A stretch of DNA of 32,000 nt from Candidatus Arthromitus sp. SFB-rat-Yit (GTDB taxonomy: Bacteria > Bacillota > Clostridia > Clostridiales > Clostridiaceae). The translations under genes and the position numbers were made by a program. Shown in pieces: positions 9,048 through 18,666 of this stretch; positions within the stretch are counted from its first letter, which is position 1; the number at the start of each line of letters is the position of its first letter. The notes under the pieces are model-generated. The model did no database searches, had not been told where the DNA came from, and saw only the letters and a list, made by a program, of their open reading frames with translations. The stretch is from the NCBI RefSeq assembly GCF_000283555.1, contig NC_016012.1:1470001-1502000 (forward strand), written 5' to 3'.

Positions 9048-9076
9048 TTGACAATAAGTAGGATTAATTATATCAT
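9048..9076 (+). promoter_or_regulatory. Sigma-A-type promoter of the GS-like gene (TTGACA-17 nt-TATCAT)
   Basis: TTGACA at 9048-9053, a 17-nt spacer, TATCAT at 9071-9076. Confidence 0.5.
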
Positions 9077-9141
9077 AAAATTCAAAATATCATCAAAAAT
9101 AAAAGGAGGAAATCAAATAATTTATTTGATTTTGAGTATTT

Positions 9142-10995
9142 ATGTTTGAAAACTTAATTTATTTAATTAAAAAAGAGGATATATCCAAAAACTATATTAT
9201 AAACTTACTAGCGGCTCACCCTGAAATTAAATTTATATCACTTATGGGTATAGATTTAAATGCTAATGATACAGATGAAAAAATACCTACAGAGATTTTT
9301 ATAAACGATATTGATTTATTCTTTAACGGATGTGCTGTTCAAACAGATGGATCTTCAGTCGTACTAACTGGAATAGCAACATTAAATGATGCAAAAGTTG
9401 ATATAGTCATAGACAAGAACTCTAATTGGTTTGTTGATTATAATTTTAGTAATATAGATAAATCAACAAATAAACCTATAGGTACACTTAGAATACCTAG
9501 TTTTTTAACACATAATAAAAAATATGTAGATTCTAGATCCATTTTAAAAAGATCAATAAACTTTCTAAAATCTACTCTTATGAACTTATTCAAAAAAAAT
9601 CCTAGATGCCTCGAATCGATTAATTTTGATGATATAGATGATATAATAATAAATACTGCGACTGAACTTGAATTTTGGGTTAAAACTCCTGAAGAATATG
9701 TGAATATAGAAGATCTAACAACTTCTCAAAGCTTACATGAACAATATTGGAACATGACAAAAGGTATAGTTAGAACAGCTTTAGAAGACTCACTAATAAT
9801 GATGAAAAATTACGATTTACATCCAGAAATGGGGCACAAAGAAGTTGGTGGGATTAAATCGAAAATAGACTCAAATGGAAATTATCATATTTTAGAACAA
9901 TTGGAAATTGACTGGAAATATTCAACTGCAATGCAAACATGTGACAATCTATTAATCGTAAAAAGCATAATAAAAGAAACTTTTAAACAACATAAATTAG
10001 ATGTTACATTTTCAGCAAAACCTATAGATAAAGTGGCTGGGAATGGGGCTCATTTGCATTTTAGCATTTTTCTAAAACTTAAAAATGGCAAATTATTAAA
10101 TTTATTTTCGTACGGTAATAATGAATTTATGAATCCTATAGGATATGGTGCAATTATGGGAATCTTAAAAAACTACGATATAATAAATCCATTTGTATCA
10201 AATACAATTGATTCATTAAAACGTCTTAAACCTGGGTTTGAAGCCCCTGTATGCACAGTAGCATCACTTGGTATTTCAAAAAACATACCATCTAGAAATC
10301 GTTCTATTCTAATAGCCCTCATACGTGATACTGAAAATAGTAAATCAACTAGATTTGAATTAAGATCACCAAATCCCAAAACAAATATGTATTTAACTAT
10401 TTCAGCAATAAATATGTGCGTAGTAGATGGAATTAAGTATTCTATAGATAAAAACGAAAAATTTCTGTTAAGAGAATTATCAAAAAATTCTACAGAATAT
10501 TATGGATATTTAAATAAATCTAAAATTTATAGAAGTGAAGAAAATATATTCGAAAAATACTCAGAGAAAGATAGAGATCATATTTTTGGTAAAACACCTA
10601 AAACTGTTTATGAAAATTTATTGAATTTTGAAAATAATAACTGTGATATTTTAACACAAAACTCCGTATTTACTCCAGATATAATAAATAGTTTTAGAAC
10701 ATCTTCATTAGATCAATATTTAATGGAAATAGAACATAGAATATTACCAAAATATAAAAAAGAATTAAGCGATTTAATTAAAAACATTAATATAAATTCT
10801 AAATTAATGTTCCTTAATTGCTTACTATTAAACGAATTGTATTTTAATTTATTTACAGATAGTTTTAATCACTTAAGTTTAGTTTCTAAACTCAAATATC
10901 ACATTAAAAATAGAGAATATGAATCAATATCAAATACCCATATAAAAATTGAAAATATGATAAATAATTTCATGTATATATATGATCTATGCTAG
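9142..10995 (+). CDS. Glutamine synthetase-like enzyme (large form, closest to the type III/GlnN architecture)
   Basis: 617 aa. GS catalytic motifs in order: TDGSS, ATELEFWV, EMGHKEVGG, KPIDKVAGNGAHLHFSI, DSLKRLKPGFEAP, RFELRSPNPKTNMYL. Confidence 0.6.
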   Translation: MFENLIYLIKKEDISKNYIINLLAAHPEIKFISLMGIDLNANDTDEKIPTEIFINDIDLFFNGCAVQTDGSSVVLTGIATLNDAKVDIVIDKNSNWFVDYNFSNIDKSTNKPIGTLRIPSFLTHNKKYVDSRSILKRSINFLKSTLMNLFKKNPRCLESINFDDIDDIIINTATELEFWVKTPEEYVNIEDLTTSQSLHEQYWNMTKGIVRTALEDSLIMMKNYDLHPEMGHKEVGGIKSKIDSNGNYHILEQLEIDWKYSTAMQTCDNLLIVKSIIKETFKQHKLDVTFSAKPIDKVAGNGAHLHFSIFLKLKNGKLLNLFSYGNNEFMNPIGYGAIMGILKNYDIINPFVSNTIDSLKRLKPGFEAPVCTVASLGISKNIPSRNRSILIALIRDTENSKSTRFELRSPNPKTNMYLTISAINMCVVDGIKYSIDKNEKFLLRELSKNSTEYYGYLNKSKIYRSEENIFEKYSEKDRDHIFGKTPKTVYENLLNFENNNCDILTQNSVFTPDIINSFRTSSLDQYLMEIEHRILPKYKKELSDLIKNININSKLMFLNCLLLNELYFNLFTDSFNHLSLVSKLKYHIKNREYESISNTHIKIENMINNFMYIYDLC

Positions 10996-11026
10996 GTATC
11001 TAACAAACTGTTAGATACCCTTTTTC
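10995..11026 (+). terminator. Rho-independent terminator of the GS-like gene
   Basis: 10-bp stem GGTATCTAAC (10995-11004) / GTTAGATACC (11010-11019), a 5-nt loop, then CTTTTTCTTT. It overlaps the 3' end of the convergent ykvI-like CDS. Confidence 0.7.
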
Positions 11027-12084
11027 TTTATGTATTTATACTTAATTATATAATAAATAAACACTACTCCTAGTAACCCAAACAATGGATATATAATAGA
11101 AATTAGTTTAGTAAAACCAATTATGGATATAGGTATTGAAATAACTAAAATCAATAAAATACTTTTAAATAATGAAATTTTATACTTATTTGAAATGCTT
11201 TTTGCAAGAGAGTAAAGACTAGATGTTTCTGTTGAAAGCATTTCCACCCATATCAAAACAAGTATAATTAGTTGAAATACTTTTCCAAATATTCTAGATA
11301 TATACAAGAGAGGTATATCATACTTAGCTATGTATGGCATATTTGATAAAATCAAATAATTTATAATCATACTTATTAATATCAAAAGTAAAGATCCTAT
11401 AAATATACCTTTTTTAAAATTACTTCTCTTATGTTGAGTTGCGAGACTAGATAAAATACCCGTTGCACTTAAAATATTAAATCCACCATACAAAATACAA
11501 GATAAAATTATATTATTATGTAATCTTATTCCATTATCTTTAAAAGTAAGTAATGATAATGTTTCTATATCTATTGGTTTCAAAAATAATTCAAACATTA
11601 TGAATATTATAAATATTAAACAAATCATTATTGGTACACTTAATGAATTAATTAGAACAAGTCCCTTCATGCTAAATTTTAAAATTATAACCGAAACTAC
11701 TATCATTAATATTATCCCCAAAATATTCGGTATTGAAAAAAACTGATTTATTATAGAACCACTTGCCGCAAATATAATCGAGGAGGAAAACAAATAATAT
11801 AAACCTACAAAACTATTTAAAATTTTAGCTGGAATTTTGGGGCATATTTCATTTATTAAAAGATCATAAGAAGATAAATTTTTTTTATTACATATATCGC
11901 ATACCATATTTCCAATAAATACATACATAAAAAAGCATATTATAAGTCCAAAAAAACTACTTAACCCATATACAGAAAAAAACTGATATATTTCCTTTCC
12001 TGATGCAAGTCCAGCCCCTACAATTGTACCAATAAAGATACATGATACTTTAAATACGCTCATTAAATTATTCACATTTAACAA
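11011..12084 (-). CDS. ykvI: YkvI-family polytopic membrane protein (putative transporter)
   Basis: 357 aa, about 10-11 hydrophobic segments. The N-terminal GTIVGAGLASGKEIYQFF motif is characteristic of YkvI-type proteins. Confidence 0.6.
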   Translation of the reverse strand: MLNVNNLMSVFKVSCIFIGTIVGAGLASGKEIYQFFSVYGLSSFFGLIICFFMYVFIGNMVCDICNKKNLSSYDLLINEICPKIPAKILNSFVGLYYLFSSSIIFAASGSIINQFFSIPNILGIILMIVVSVIILKFSMKGLVLINSLSVPIMICLIFIIFIMFELFLKPIDIETLSLLTFKDNGIRLHNNIILSCILYGGFNILSATGILSSLATQHKRSNFKKGIFIGSLLLILISMIINYLILSNMPYIAKYDIPLLYISRIFGKVFQLIILVLIWVEMLSTETSSLYSLAKSISNKYKISLFKSILLILVISIPISIIGFTKLISIIYPLFGLLGVVFIYYIIKYKYIKKKGI

Positions 12085-12175
12085 AATTAATTACCTACCT
12101 TTTATAATATATTTAATTTTTATTTTTATATATGTTAAAATATGAATCTATTATTTTTAGGAGGTACTTAAAATT

Positions 12176-13102
12176 ATGATTTTAGATGATAAACCTTATT
12201 TTTCTTTAAACTCATTTCTTAGAAATAAATTCAAAGAAAAAATAATAAAAATAACATTAGATGGCGGTTTTACATGTCCAAATCGAGATGGGAAAATAGC
12301 TTTTGGTGGATGTACATTTTGTAGCTCTATGGGATCTGGAGAATTTGCAGGAAATAGATTAAAATCAGTAACAGAACAATTTACCCAACAAAAAGAAATG
12401 ATGAAAAAAAAATGGAGTTCAAATAAATACATAGCATATTTTCAAGCATATACAAACACATATGCTCCTTTAGATTATTTAAAAAAAATATATGATGAGG
12501 CACTAATTCAAGAAGGAGTTGTTGGTTTATCAATAGGAACTCGTCCTGATTGTTTATCTCAAGATATTTTAGATTTGCTCTCTTACTATAATGAAAAAAC
12601 ATTTTTAATGATTGAACTTGGACTCCAGACTTCAAAAGATTCAACTGCTACTTTAATAAATCGTGGACACGATACTAATTGTTTTAAAGATGCAGTTATA
12701 GAATTAAGAAAGAGAAATATAAACGTGGTTGCACATGTTATATTTGGATTGCCTTATGAATCCTATGATGATATGATGAACACCGTAAAATTTATAAATA
12801 GCTTAGATATACAAGGTGTTAAGTATCATCTACTTTATATAATTAAAAACACTAAACTTGCACAAGAATATATGAAAAATCCATCCATATACACACTAAC
12901 AATGGATAGTTATATAAAAATAATAGGAGATGCTATATCACTTACAAATCCAAATATAGTAATACATAGAATAACTGGGGATGCAAAGAGAGAGGATATA
13001 ATAGAACCTAAATGGAGCATAAAAAAATGGGAATTATTAAACTCAATACATCATTATTTAAAGGAAAATAATATATATCAAGGTAAGTATTTTAATGCTT
13101 AG
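12176..13102 (+). CDS. Radical SAM protein, TIGR01212 (YhcC/YtqA) family
   Basis: 308 aa. The N-terminal ITLDGGFTCPNRDGKIAFGGCTFCS cluster motif is typical of this family. A good SD (TAGGAGGT) lies upstream. Confidence 0.75.
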   Translation: MILDDKPYFSLNSFLRNKFKEKIIKITLDGGFTCPNRDGKIAFGGCTFCSSMGSGEFAGNRLKSVTEQFTQQKEMMKKKWSSNKYIAYFQAYTNTYAPLDYLKKIYDEALIQEGVVGLSIGTRPDCLSQDILDLLSYYNEKTFLMIELGLQTSKDSTATLINRGHDTNCFKDAVIELRKRNINVVAHVIFGLPYESYDDMMNTVKFINSLDIQGVKYHLLYIIKNTKLAQEYMKNPSIYTLTMDSYIKIIGDAISLTNPNIVIHRITGDAKREDIIEPKWSIKKWELLNSIHHYLKENNIYQGKYFNA

Positions 13103-13108
13103 TTAATG

Positions 13109-13137
13109 TTGATTTTAAACATCTTATTGTGTATACT
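13109..13137 (+). promoter_or_regulatory. Sigma-A-type promoter of the ECF transporter operon (TTGATT-17 nt-TATACT with TG extension)
   Basis: TTGATT at 13109-13114, a 17-nt spacer ending in TGTG, TATACT at 13132-13137. Confidence 0.55.
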
Positions 13138-13177
13138 TTTTGTGTGAAAATAAAATATTTTTTAAGGAGGACTCATC

Positions 13178-13729
13178 TTGAAAAACTCTTCTATCTCTAT
13201 TAGAAATATAGTAGCAATAGGTATTGGTTCTGCTGTTTTTTTGGTTTTAGGACGTTTTGCATCTATCCCTTCTGGAATTCCAAATACAAATTTCGAATTA
13301 TCTTATGCATTCCTAGCTTTAATCTCAATGATTTATGGACCGTTGTCTGGTTTTTTAATTGGATTTATAGGACATACATTAAAAGATATGTTATTTTATG
13401 GTTCACCTTGGTTTAGTTGGATTTTAGCATCTGCAAGCATAGGTCTCATAATTGGTTTATCTTCTAGATTTGTTAAATTAAAAGATTTTAATAAATCTTC
13501 AATAATAAAGTTTAATATTGCACAAATTATATCAAATCTTATTGCCTGGCTTGTAATTGCACCTGTTTTAGATATATTTATATATTCAGAACCTACAAAT
13601 AAAGTATTTATACAAGGAGCAATAGCATCACTTTTAAATATAATAACTGTAGGTATAGTTGGAACAGGCTTATTATCACTCTATGCTAAATCTATTGTTA
13701 AAAAAGGTAGCCTATCTAAAGAATCTTAA
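13178..13729 (+). CDS. ECF transporter substrate-specific (S) component, UPF0397-like
   Basis: 183 aa, TTG start 8 nt after AAGGAGG. Five to six TM segments. Directly followed by a fused double ATPase and a T component. Confidence 0.7.
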   Translation: MKNSSISIRNIVAIGIGSAVFLVLGRFASIPSGIPNTNFELSYAFLALISMIYGPLSGFLIGFIGHTLKDMLFYGSPWFSWILASASIGLIIGLSSRFVKLKDFNKSSIIKFNIAQIISNLIAWLVIAPVLDIFIYSEPTNKVFIQGAIASLLNIITVGIVGTGLLSLYAKSIVKKGSLSKES

Positions 13730-13762
13730 AACAAAATTTCCAAATTTGAGGTAAATACTTTA

Positions 13763-15493
13763 ATGAAAGAAAAATTAATCGAGTTTATAGACTTTAGTTT
13801 TAAATACAATTCTCAACAATCTTCAACACTTAAAAATATAAATCTTACTATTTATAAAAATGAAAAAATATTAGTATTAGGTGAATCTGGATGTGGTAAA
13901 AGTACACTATTTAACTCTATAAATGGTCTTGTTCCGTTTTTTTATCAGGGAGAAATTTCTGGTAATTTGGAAATTAAAAATAAAAATACCAAAAATATGT
14001 CTATTTTTGAAATTTCAAAAAGCGTAGCTACAATACTTCAGGATACTGATAATCAATTTATAGCATTAACATCTGCAGAAGATATAGCTTTTAAGTTAGA
14101 AAACTTGTGTGTTAATCAAAAAGTTATGCACGAAAAAGTTAATAAAATATCTTCTCTCATTGGTGTAAATGATTTTTTAAATTCAAATCCTCATAATCTA
14201 TCTGGTGGACAAAAACAGAGGGTAACTCTAGGTGGAGTACTTGTAGATGATAGTGAAATATTAATTTTTGATGAGCCTCTAGCAAATTTAGATCCAAAAA
14301 CATCTGAAGAAACTATAAATTTAATTAATAAAATAACAGAGAAAACTCCTAAGACTGTAATAATAATAGAACATAGACTTGAAGAGGTATTGAAACTTAA
14401 TTTTGATAGAGTATTGTTAATGCATAATGGTTGCATAGTTTTTGATGGTGAAATGAATAAATTACTATGCTCTTCATTATTAAAAAAATATGGAATACGA
14501 GAGCCTTTATATTTAACAGCTCTAAAATATGCTGGATGTAATGTAGAAAAATATCCAAATGTTTTTGATATAAAAAATTTAGATATCTCACCATTTAAAC
14601 ATAATATTGAAACTTTTTACAATGATTTAAAATACTTCAATCCCCATAATATTATTGATTCATCCTCTCCATTATTAAGATGTGAGAATATAAATTTTAG
14701 TTATAATAATAAAAAAAATGTGTTAAATAACGTATCATTTGACGTTTATAAAAATGAATTATTATGTATCGTTGGTAAAAATGGTGCTGGAAAATCTACA
14801 ATTTCAAAAATTATATGCGGTTTTTTAAAACCATCTTCTGGTAAAATATTATTTAATAATAAAGATATAACAAATTCTACAATTTTTGAGCGCTCATCTT
14901 TAATTGGATATGTAATGCAAAATCCAAATCAAATGATAAGTCATAATTTATTATTTGATGAAGTAGCATTTACTCTTAAAAATATGAAATTGAATAAAAA
15001 TGAGATAGAAACTAAAGTATATAATATATTGAAAATATGTGGTTTGTATGAATTTAGGAATTGGCCTATCTCTGCACTTAGTTTTGGTCAAAAAAGACGT
15101 GTAACAATAGCATCTATTTTAGTTAGTAATCCTAAAATACTTATTTTAGATGAACCAACAGCTGGGCAAGATTTTAATCATTATAATAAAGTAATGGAAT
15201 TTATAAAGAGTTTGAAAAATCATGGTATAACTTCAATTATGATAACTCATGATATGAATTTGCTTATGGAATACGCAGATAGGTGCATTGTTATATCGGA
15301 TGGTAAAAAAATAGGTGATGATATTCCTTCTAAAATTTTATCAAATGATGACATAATTAAAAACGCAAACTTAAAGAAAACCTCATTACATAGTATTTCT
15401 GAAAAATTATCCTTAAATAATACTGAGATATTTATAAACAAATTTATAACTTATGATAGGAGCACAAGAGATAAAAATGAAACTTGTTCTTGA
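13763..15493 (+). CDS. ecfA: ECF transporter ATPase, fused EcfA-EcfA' (two ABC domains)
   Basis: 576 aa. Two Walker A motifs (GESGCGKST, GKNGAGKST), two signature motifs (LSGGQKQRV, LSFGQKRRV) and two Walker B motifs (ILIFDEP, ILILDEP). Confidence 0.9.
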   Translation: MKEKLIEFIDFSFKYNSQQSSTLKNINLTIYKNEKILVLGESGCGKSTLFNSINGLVPFFYQGEISGNLEIKNKNTKNMSIFEISKSVATILQDTDNQFIALTSAEDIAFKLENLCVNQKVMHEKVNKISSLIGVNDFLNSNPHNLSGGQKQRVTLGGVLVDDSEILIFDEPLANLDPKTSEETINLINKITEKTPKTVIIIEHRLEEVLKLNFDRVLLMHNGCIVFDGEMNKLLCSSLLKKYGIREPLYLTALKYAGCNVEKYPNVFDIKNLDISPFKHNIETFYNDLKYFNPHNIIDSSSPLLRCENINFSYNNKKNVLNNVSFDVYKNELLCIVGKNGAGKSTISKIICGFLKPSSGKILFNNKDITNSTIFERSSLIGYVMQNPNQMISHNLLFDEVAFTLKNMKLNKNEIETKVYNILKICGLYEFRNWPISALSFGQKRRVTIASILVSNPKILILDEPTAGQDFNHYNKVMEFIKSLKNHGITSIMITHDMNLLMEYADRCIVISDGKKIGDDIPSKILSNDDIIKNANLKKTSLHSISEKLSLNNTEIFINKFITYDRSTRDKNETCS

Positions 15494-16304
15494 ATATATA
15501 GATAAGAATTCATTTATTCATAACTTAACAGGCGCAACTAAATTAATATGTTTTATACTTTGGTGTACTATAACAATAATAACATACGATACAAGATTAC
15601 TAATTTCCTTACTAATCTTAAGTTTATTTTTATTTAAAATATCGAAGATAAAATTTAAAGATATTTCTTTGATAATAATATTTATACTAATATTTCTCTT
15701 ATTAAATAATATACTCATATACATCTTTGGTCCTAATACAGGGTCAGAAATATATGGAACTAAAACTATTTTATTAAATTTTAATAACTCATATTCAGTT
15801 ACTGCTGAGCAGATTTTTTATCAATTTAATATTACGCTAAAATATTTTAGTGTAATACCTATTTCTTTATTATTTATATTAACAACAAACCCGAGCGAAT
15901 TTGCTGCATCATTAAATAAAATAGGTATAAATTATAAAATTTCATATTCTATATCATTAGCTCTCAGGTATATACCAGATATAATAGAGGATTATAAAAA
16001 TGTGTCTTTATCTAAACAAGCTCGTGGAATTGATATGTCTAAAAACGAAAAACTAATTGTTAGAATGAAAAATATGTTCCTTATAATTATACCTATAATA
16101 TTTTCAAGCCTTAATCGTATAGATAAGATTTCATGCGCAATGGAACTTAGAGGATTTGGATATAACAAAAAACGTACATGGTACAATCAGAAAAAATTCA
16201 AAAAAAATGATATACTCTCAATATTATTTTTTATAATTTTAAATTTAATATCAATATATTTATTCCATACAAATAATGGTCGATTTTTTAATCCATTTAA
16301 ATAG
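15477..16304 (+). CDS. ecfT: ECF transporter transmembrane (T) component, CbiQ/EcfT family
   Basis: The ORF-track start is 15453. I prefer the ATG at 15477 (MKLVLEYIDKNSFIH...), which overlaps the ATPase stop and follows AGGAG. It has the CbiQ-type coupling region LALRYIPDIIEDYKNVSLSKQARGID. Confidence 0.8.
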   Translation: MKLVLEYIDKNSFIHNLTGATKLICFILWCTITIITYDTRLLISLLILSLFLFKISKIKFKDISLIIIFILIFLLLNNILIYIFGPNTGSEIYGTKTILLNFNNSYSVTAEQIFYQFNITLKYFSVIPISLLFILTTNPSEFAASLNKIGINYKISYSISLALRYIPDIIEDYKNVSLSKQARGIDMSKNEKLIVRMKNMFLIIIPIIFSSLNRIDKISCAMELRGFGYNKKRTWYNQKKFKKNDILSILFFIILNLISIYLFHTNNGRFFNPFK

Positions 16305-16336
16305 AAGGGGGAAGATGTTATCATCTTCCCCCTTCT
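16303..16336. terminator. Bidirectional terminator hairpin between the ECF operon and the convergent 2Fe-2S gene
   Basis: Perfect 15-bp arms AGAAGGGGGAAGATG (16303-16317) / CATCTTCCCCCTTCT (16322-16336), a 4-nt loop, and T-rich sequence after the stem on the + strand. Confidence 0.75.
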
Positions 16337-16559
16337 ATTTATTAGCTGCCTCTATAAGTTCAATAATTTTACTTCTGCATCTAGCACCTTTACATCCGCC
16401 TCCAGTTGCACCTGTCATTTCCTTTATCTTATCGATAGTATTAGCACCATCTTTTATACACTCATTAATAGTAAATTTATCAATTCCTTTACACAAACAT
16501 ATCTTTGTCATTTTATCTTTTATGATATTATCTTTATCCATTGATTTACCACCTCTCAA
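16335..16559 (-). CDS. Small BFD-like [2Fe-2S]-binding domain protein
   Basis: 74 aa. CLCKG...TIDKIKEMTGATGGGCKGARC shows the four-Cys pattern and the TxAG(T/G)xC context of BFD-like ferredoxin domains. Confidence 0.65.
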   Translation of the reverse strand: MRGGKSMDKDNIIKDKMTKICLCKGIDKFTINECIKDGANTIDKIKEMTGATGGGCKGARCRSKIIELIEAANK

Positions 16560-16642
16560 ATATTATACACTTTATTAAGTATACATTTCAATGTATAATA
16601 TACTATATAGTATTTAGTATTTTTCATTCTAGCTTAATAATT

Positions 16643-18640
16643 ATGATTAACAATTTAAATAATAATGAAAAATATAATAATAAACTTATAGTTCAATATG
16701 TTATAACTTGTCTATTATTTTTTATTCTAATTGAAATAATCCATAGACAAGATTTTAATGCTATATATATGTTTTTAAAATCAAACACTATATATACAAA
16801 TTTATATTTAATACTATTTTTTATATTTTCAAGTTTATATACGTTTGTATTTAAAAAACCCCTTATATTTTGTGCAATGCACTATAGTTTATGGTGTTTT
16901 ATAGCATTCATAAGTAATATAAATATTTATTTTAAAGGTACCCCTCTAATTTTTGAAGATTTATTCCTAGTAAATGAAGCTACTGATATTATTTTAAAAT
17001 ATTTAAATTTTAAACTTATAACTAATATATTAATCTTAATTATTTTATTATCTATTATATTTATAATTTTAATAAAACTATCTAAAAATATTAAATTTAA
17101 ATTATTTAATTTTAAACATTCATATTTAAATTTCATACTATATCCATTTTTTATATGGTTTTATCTATTCTCTATGGATAAACTTTATAATTATGGTAAA
17201 TCTATTACATATGCCTTAAGTGATTTTAATTTATCGGATACATATTTAAAAAATGGATTTCTACACTCATTTTATAATTCAACTAACTTGTTTTTTTTAA
17301 ATAATACAAATTTTAATTATGATATAGATAAAGTCCTCAAACTTAAAAATATATTAAATAACCATTATTATAATTCTAAGGATCCAAATCTTAATATAAT
17401 TGTAATTCAATTAGAATCATTATTTGACCCACTTAAGTTAAAAAATACAAAATTCTCTAGTGATCCACTTAAAAATTTGAGGAATTTATCAAAAACAAAT
17501 GAGAGTGGAGAAATAATAGTTCCAGTTTTAGGTGGTGGAACAATACAAACAGAATTTGAAATACTTACAGGCATTAACATGAAAAATCTTTATACCAAAA
17601 TGCCCTACTTAAATATACTAAATAAAAATCAAGTGGAAAGTATTCCTTATATATTAAAAAATTCTGGATATGCAACAACAGCCTTACACAATTATTTTTC
17701 AACATTTTACAATCGTACTAAAGCTTATGAAAATCTCGGATTTGATACATTTATACCTATTGAATCTATTTCGTCAAGAGAAACTAGCAAAAATTTTTGG
17801 TATAAAGATAATCTTTTAATAAATGAAATTATAACTAAAATTAAAAATACTCCTGAGAAAGATTTTATATTTGGTGTAGCTGTAGAATCCCATGGCCCAT
17901 ATAATACGCCAATAGATGGAGATATTGTAGTAAAAAATGATTTACTTAATGAACAGGAATTACTAGAACTCCAAAATTATGCAAATATTATTAAACATGT
18001 AGATGATTTTATTCTTAATTTAGTAAATGAACTCAATAATATAGATGAAGAATACGTTCTGATATTTTATAGCGATCATCTACCTTCTCTTGGAGAAAAT
18101 CATAGTACATTATCTTTATTAGATAGTGTAGATTTATTTAAAACTCCTTATTTAATAATTGAATCAAATAATAATAATTCGATATCTATTGAGAATGAAG
18201 AAATTCATTCTTATGAATTTCTTCATGAAATTTTTTCAGATTTAAATATAAATTCTACTATATATCATAAATTAAGGACAATTTTAAAACAAGATCAGAA
18301 TTATGATGATTACGAAAAGCAGTTAATATTGGATATAAAAAAACAAAACATATATGAAGATAATAAATTTCCTTACGAAAAATCCACTATAAAAATAGGT
18401 AATAAACCTCAAATTATAGAAAATGTTAATATATCTGAGAATGAAATTTTAATAATTGGAAGTGGTTTTACTGAAAATTCAAAGATTCTAGTCAATGGTA
18501 TAAAAATTGATACCCAATATATATCTCCTAATTGTCTAAAATCTGTAAATTACACTACCAATAATGATGATATATTTTTAGTTGTATTATTTTCAAATAA
18601 AAATTCTCCTTTAGATATCAGTAATAAATTTATATTTTAA
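16643..18640 (+). CDS. LTA synthase (LtaS)-family membrane sulfatase-fold enzyme / phosphoglycerol transferase-like
   Basis: Polytopic N-terminus followed by the extracellular domain (NIIVIQLESLFDP, GGGTIQTEFEILTGIN, ESHGPY, FYSDHLPS). The ORF-track start at 16541 is a TTG overlapping the convergent gene. The ATG at 16643 follows a TGTATAAT extended -10 (about 16599-16606). The start remains uncertain because there is no clear SD. Confidence 0.7.
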   Translation: MINNLNNNEKYNNKLIVQYVITCLLFFILIEIIHRQDFNAIYMFLKSNTIYTNLYLILFFIFSSLYTFVFKKPLIFCAMHYSLWCFIAFISNINIYFKGTPLIFEDLFLVNEATDIILKYLNFKLITNILILIILLSIIFIILIKLSKNIKFKLFNFKHSYLNFILYPFFIWFYLFSMDKLYNYGKSITYALSDFNLSDTYLKNGFLHSFYNSTNLFFLNNTNFNYDIDKVLKLKNILNNHYYNSKDPNLNIIVIQLESLFDPLKLKNTKFSSDPLKNLRNLSKTNESGEIIVPVLGGGTIQTEFEILTGINMKNLYTKMPYLNILNKNQVESIPYILKNSGYATTALHNYFSTFYNRTKAYENLGFDTFIPIESISSRETSKNFWYKDNLLINEIITKIKNTPEKDFIFGVAVESHGPYNTPIDGDIVVKNDLLNEQELLELQNYANIIKHVDDFILNLVNELNNIDEEYVLIFYSDHLPSLGENHSTLSLLDSVDLFKTPYLIIESNNNNSISIENEEIHSYEFLHEIFSDLNINSTIYHKLRTILKQDQNYDDYEKQLILDIKKQNIYEDNKFPYEKSTIKIGNKPQIIENVNISENEILIIGSGFTENSKILVNGIKIDTQYISPNCLKSVNYTTNNDDIFLVVLFSNKNSPLDISNKFIF

Positions 18641-18666
18641 AAATAAATGAAAGGATAAATAAAATA

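Noticed and set aside
205-15724. Other short antisense ORFs in the track (205-417, 1556-1798, 2596-2856, 4716-4910, 6169-6381, 8670-8885, 10173-10379, 12196-12644, 14191-14594, 15247-15441, 15518-15724; also 15992-16186, 16927-17136, 22230-22427 and 27069-27266 further on)
   Set aside because: Each lies within or mostly within a stronger opposite-strand gene with clear family motifs. None has a convincing SD or a recognisable motif.
16276-16578. 100-aa plus-strand ORF overlapping the terminator hairpin and the 2Fe-2S gene
   Set aside because: It is antisense to a CDS with a recognisable BFD-like Cys motif, it spans a terminator, and it has no SD.
16541-16642. TTG start at 16541 for the LtaS-family gene
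   Set aside because: It would overlap the convergent 2Fe-2S gene and precede the likely extended -10 element. The first 34 residues add nothing family-like. The ATG at 16643 is preferred, though the start is still uncertain.
18641-18666. Possible T-box or other leader upstream of metG
   Set aside because: Only 26 nt separate the upstream stop from the metG ATG, which is far too short for a T-box leader.
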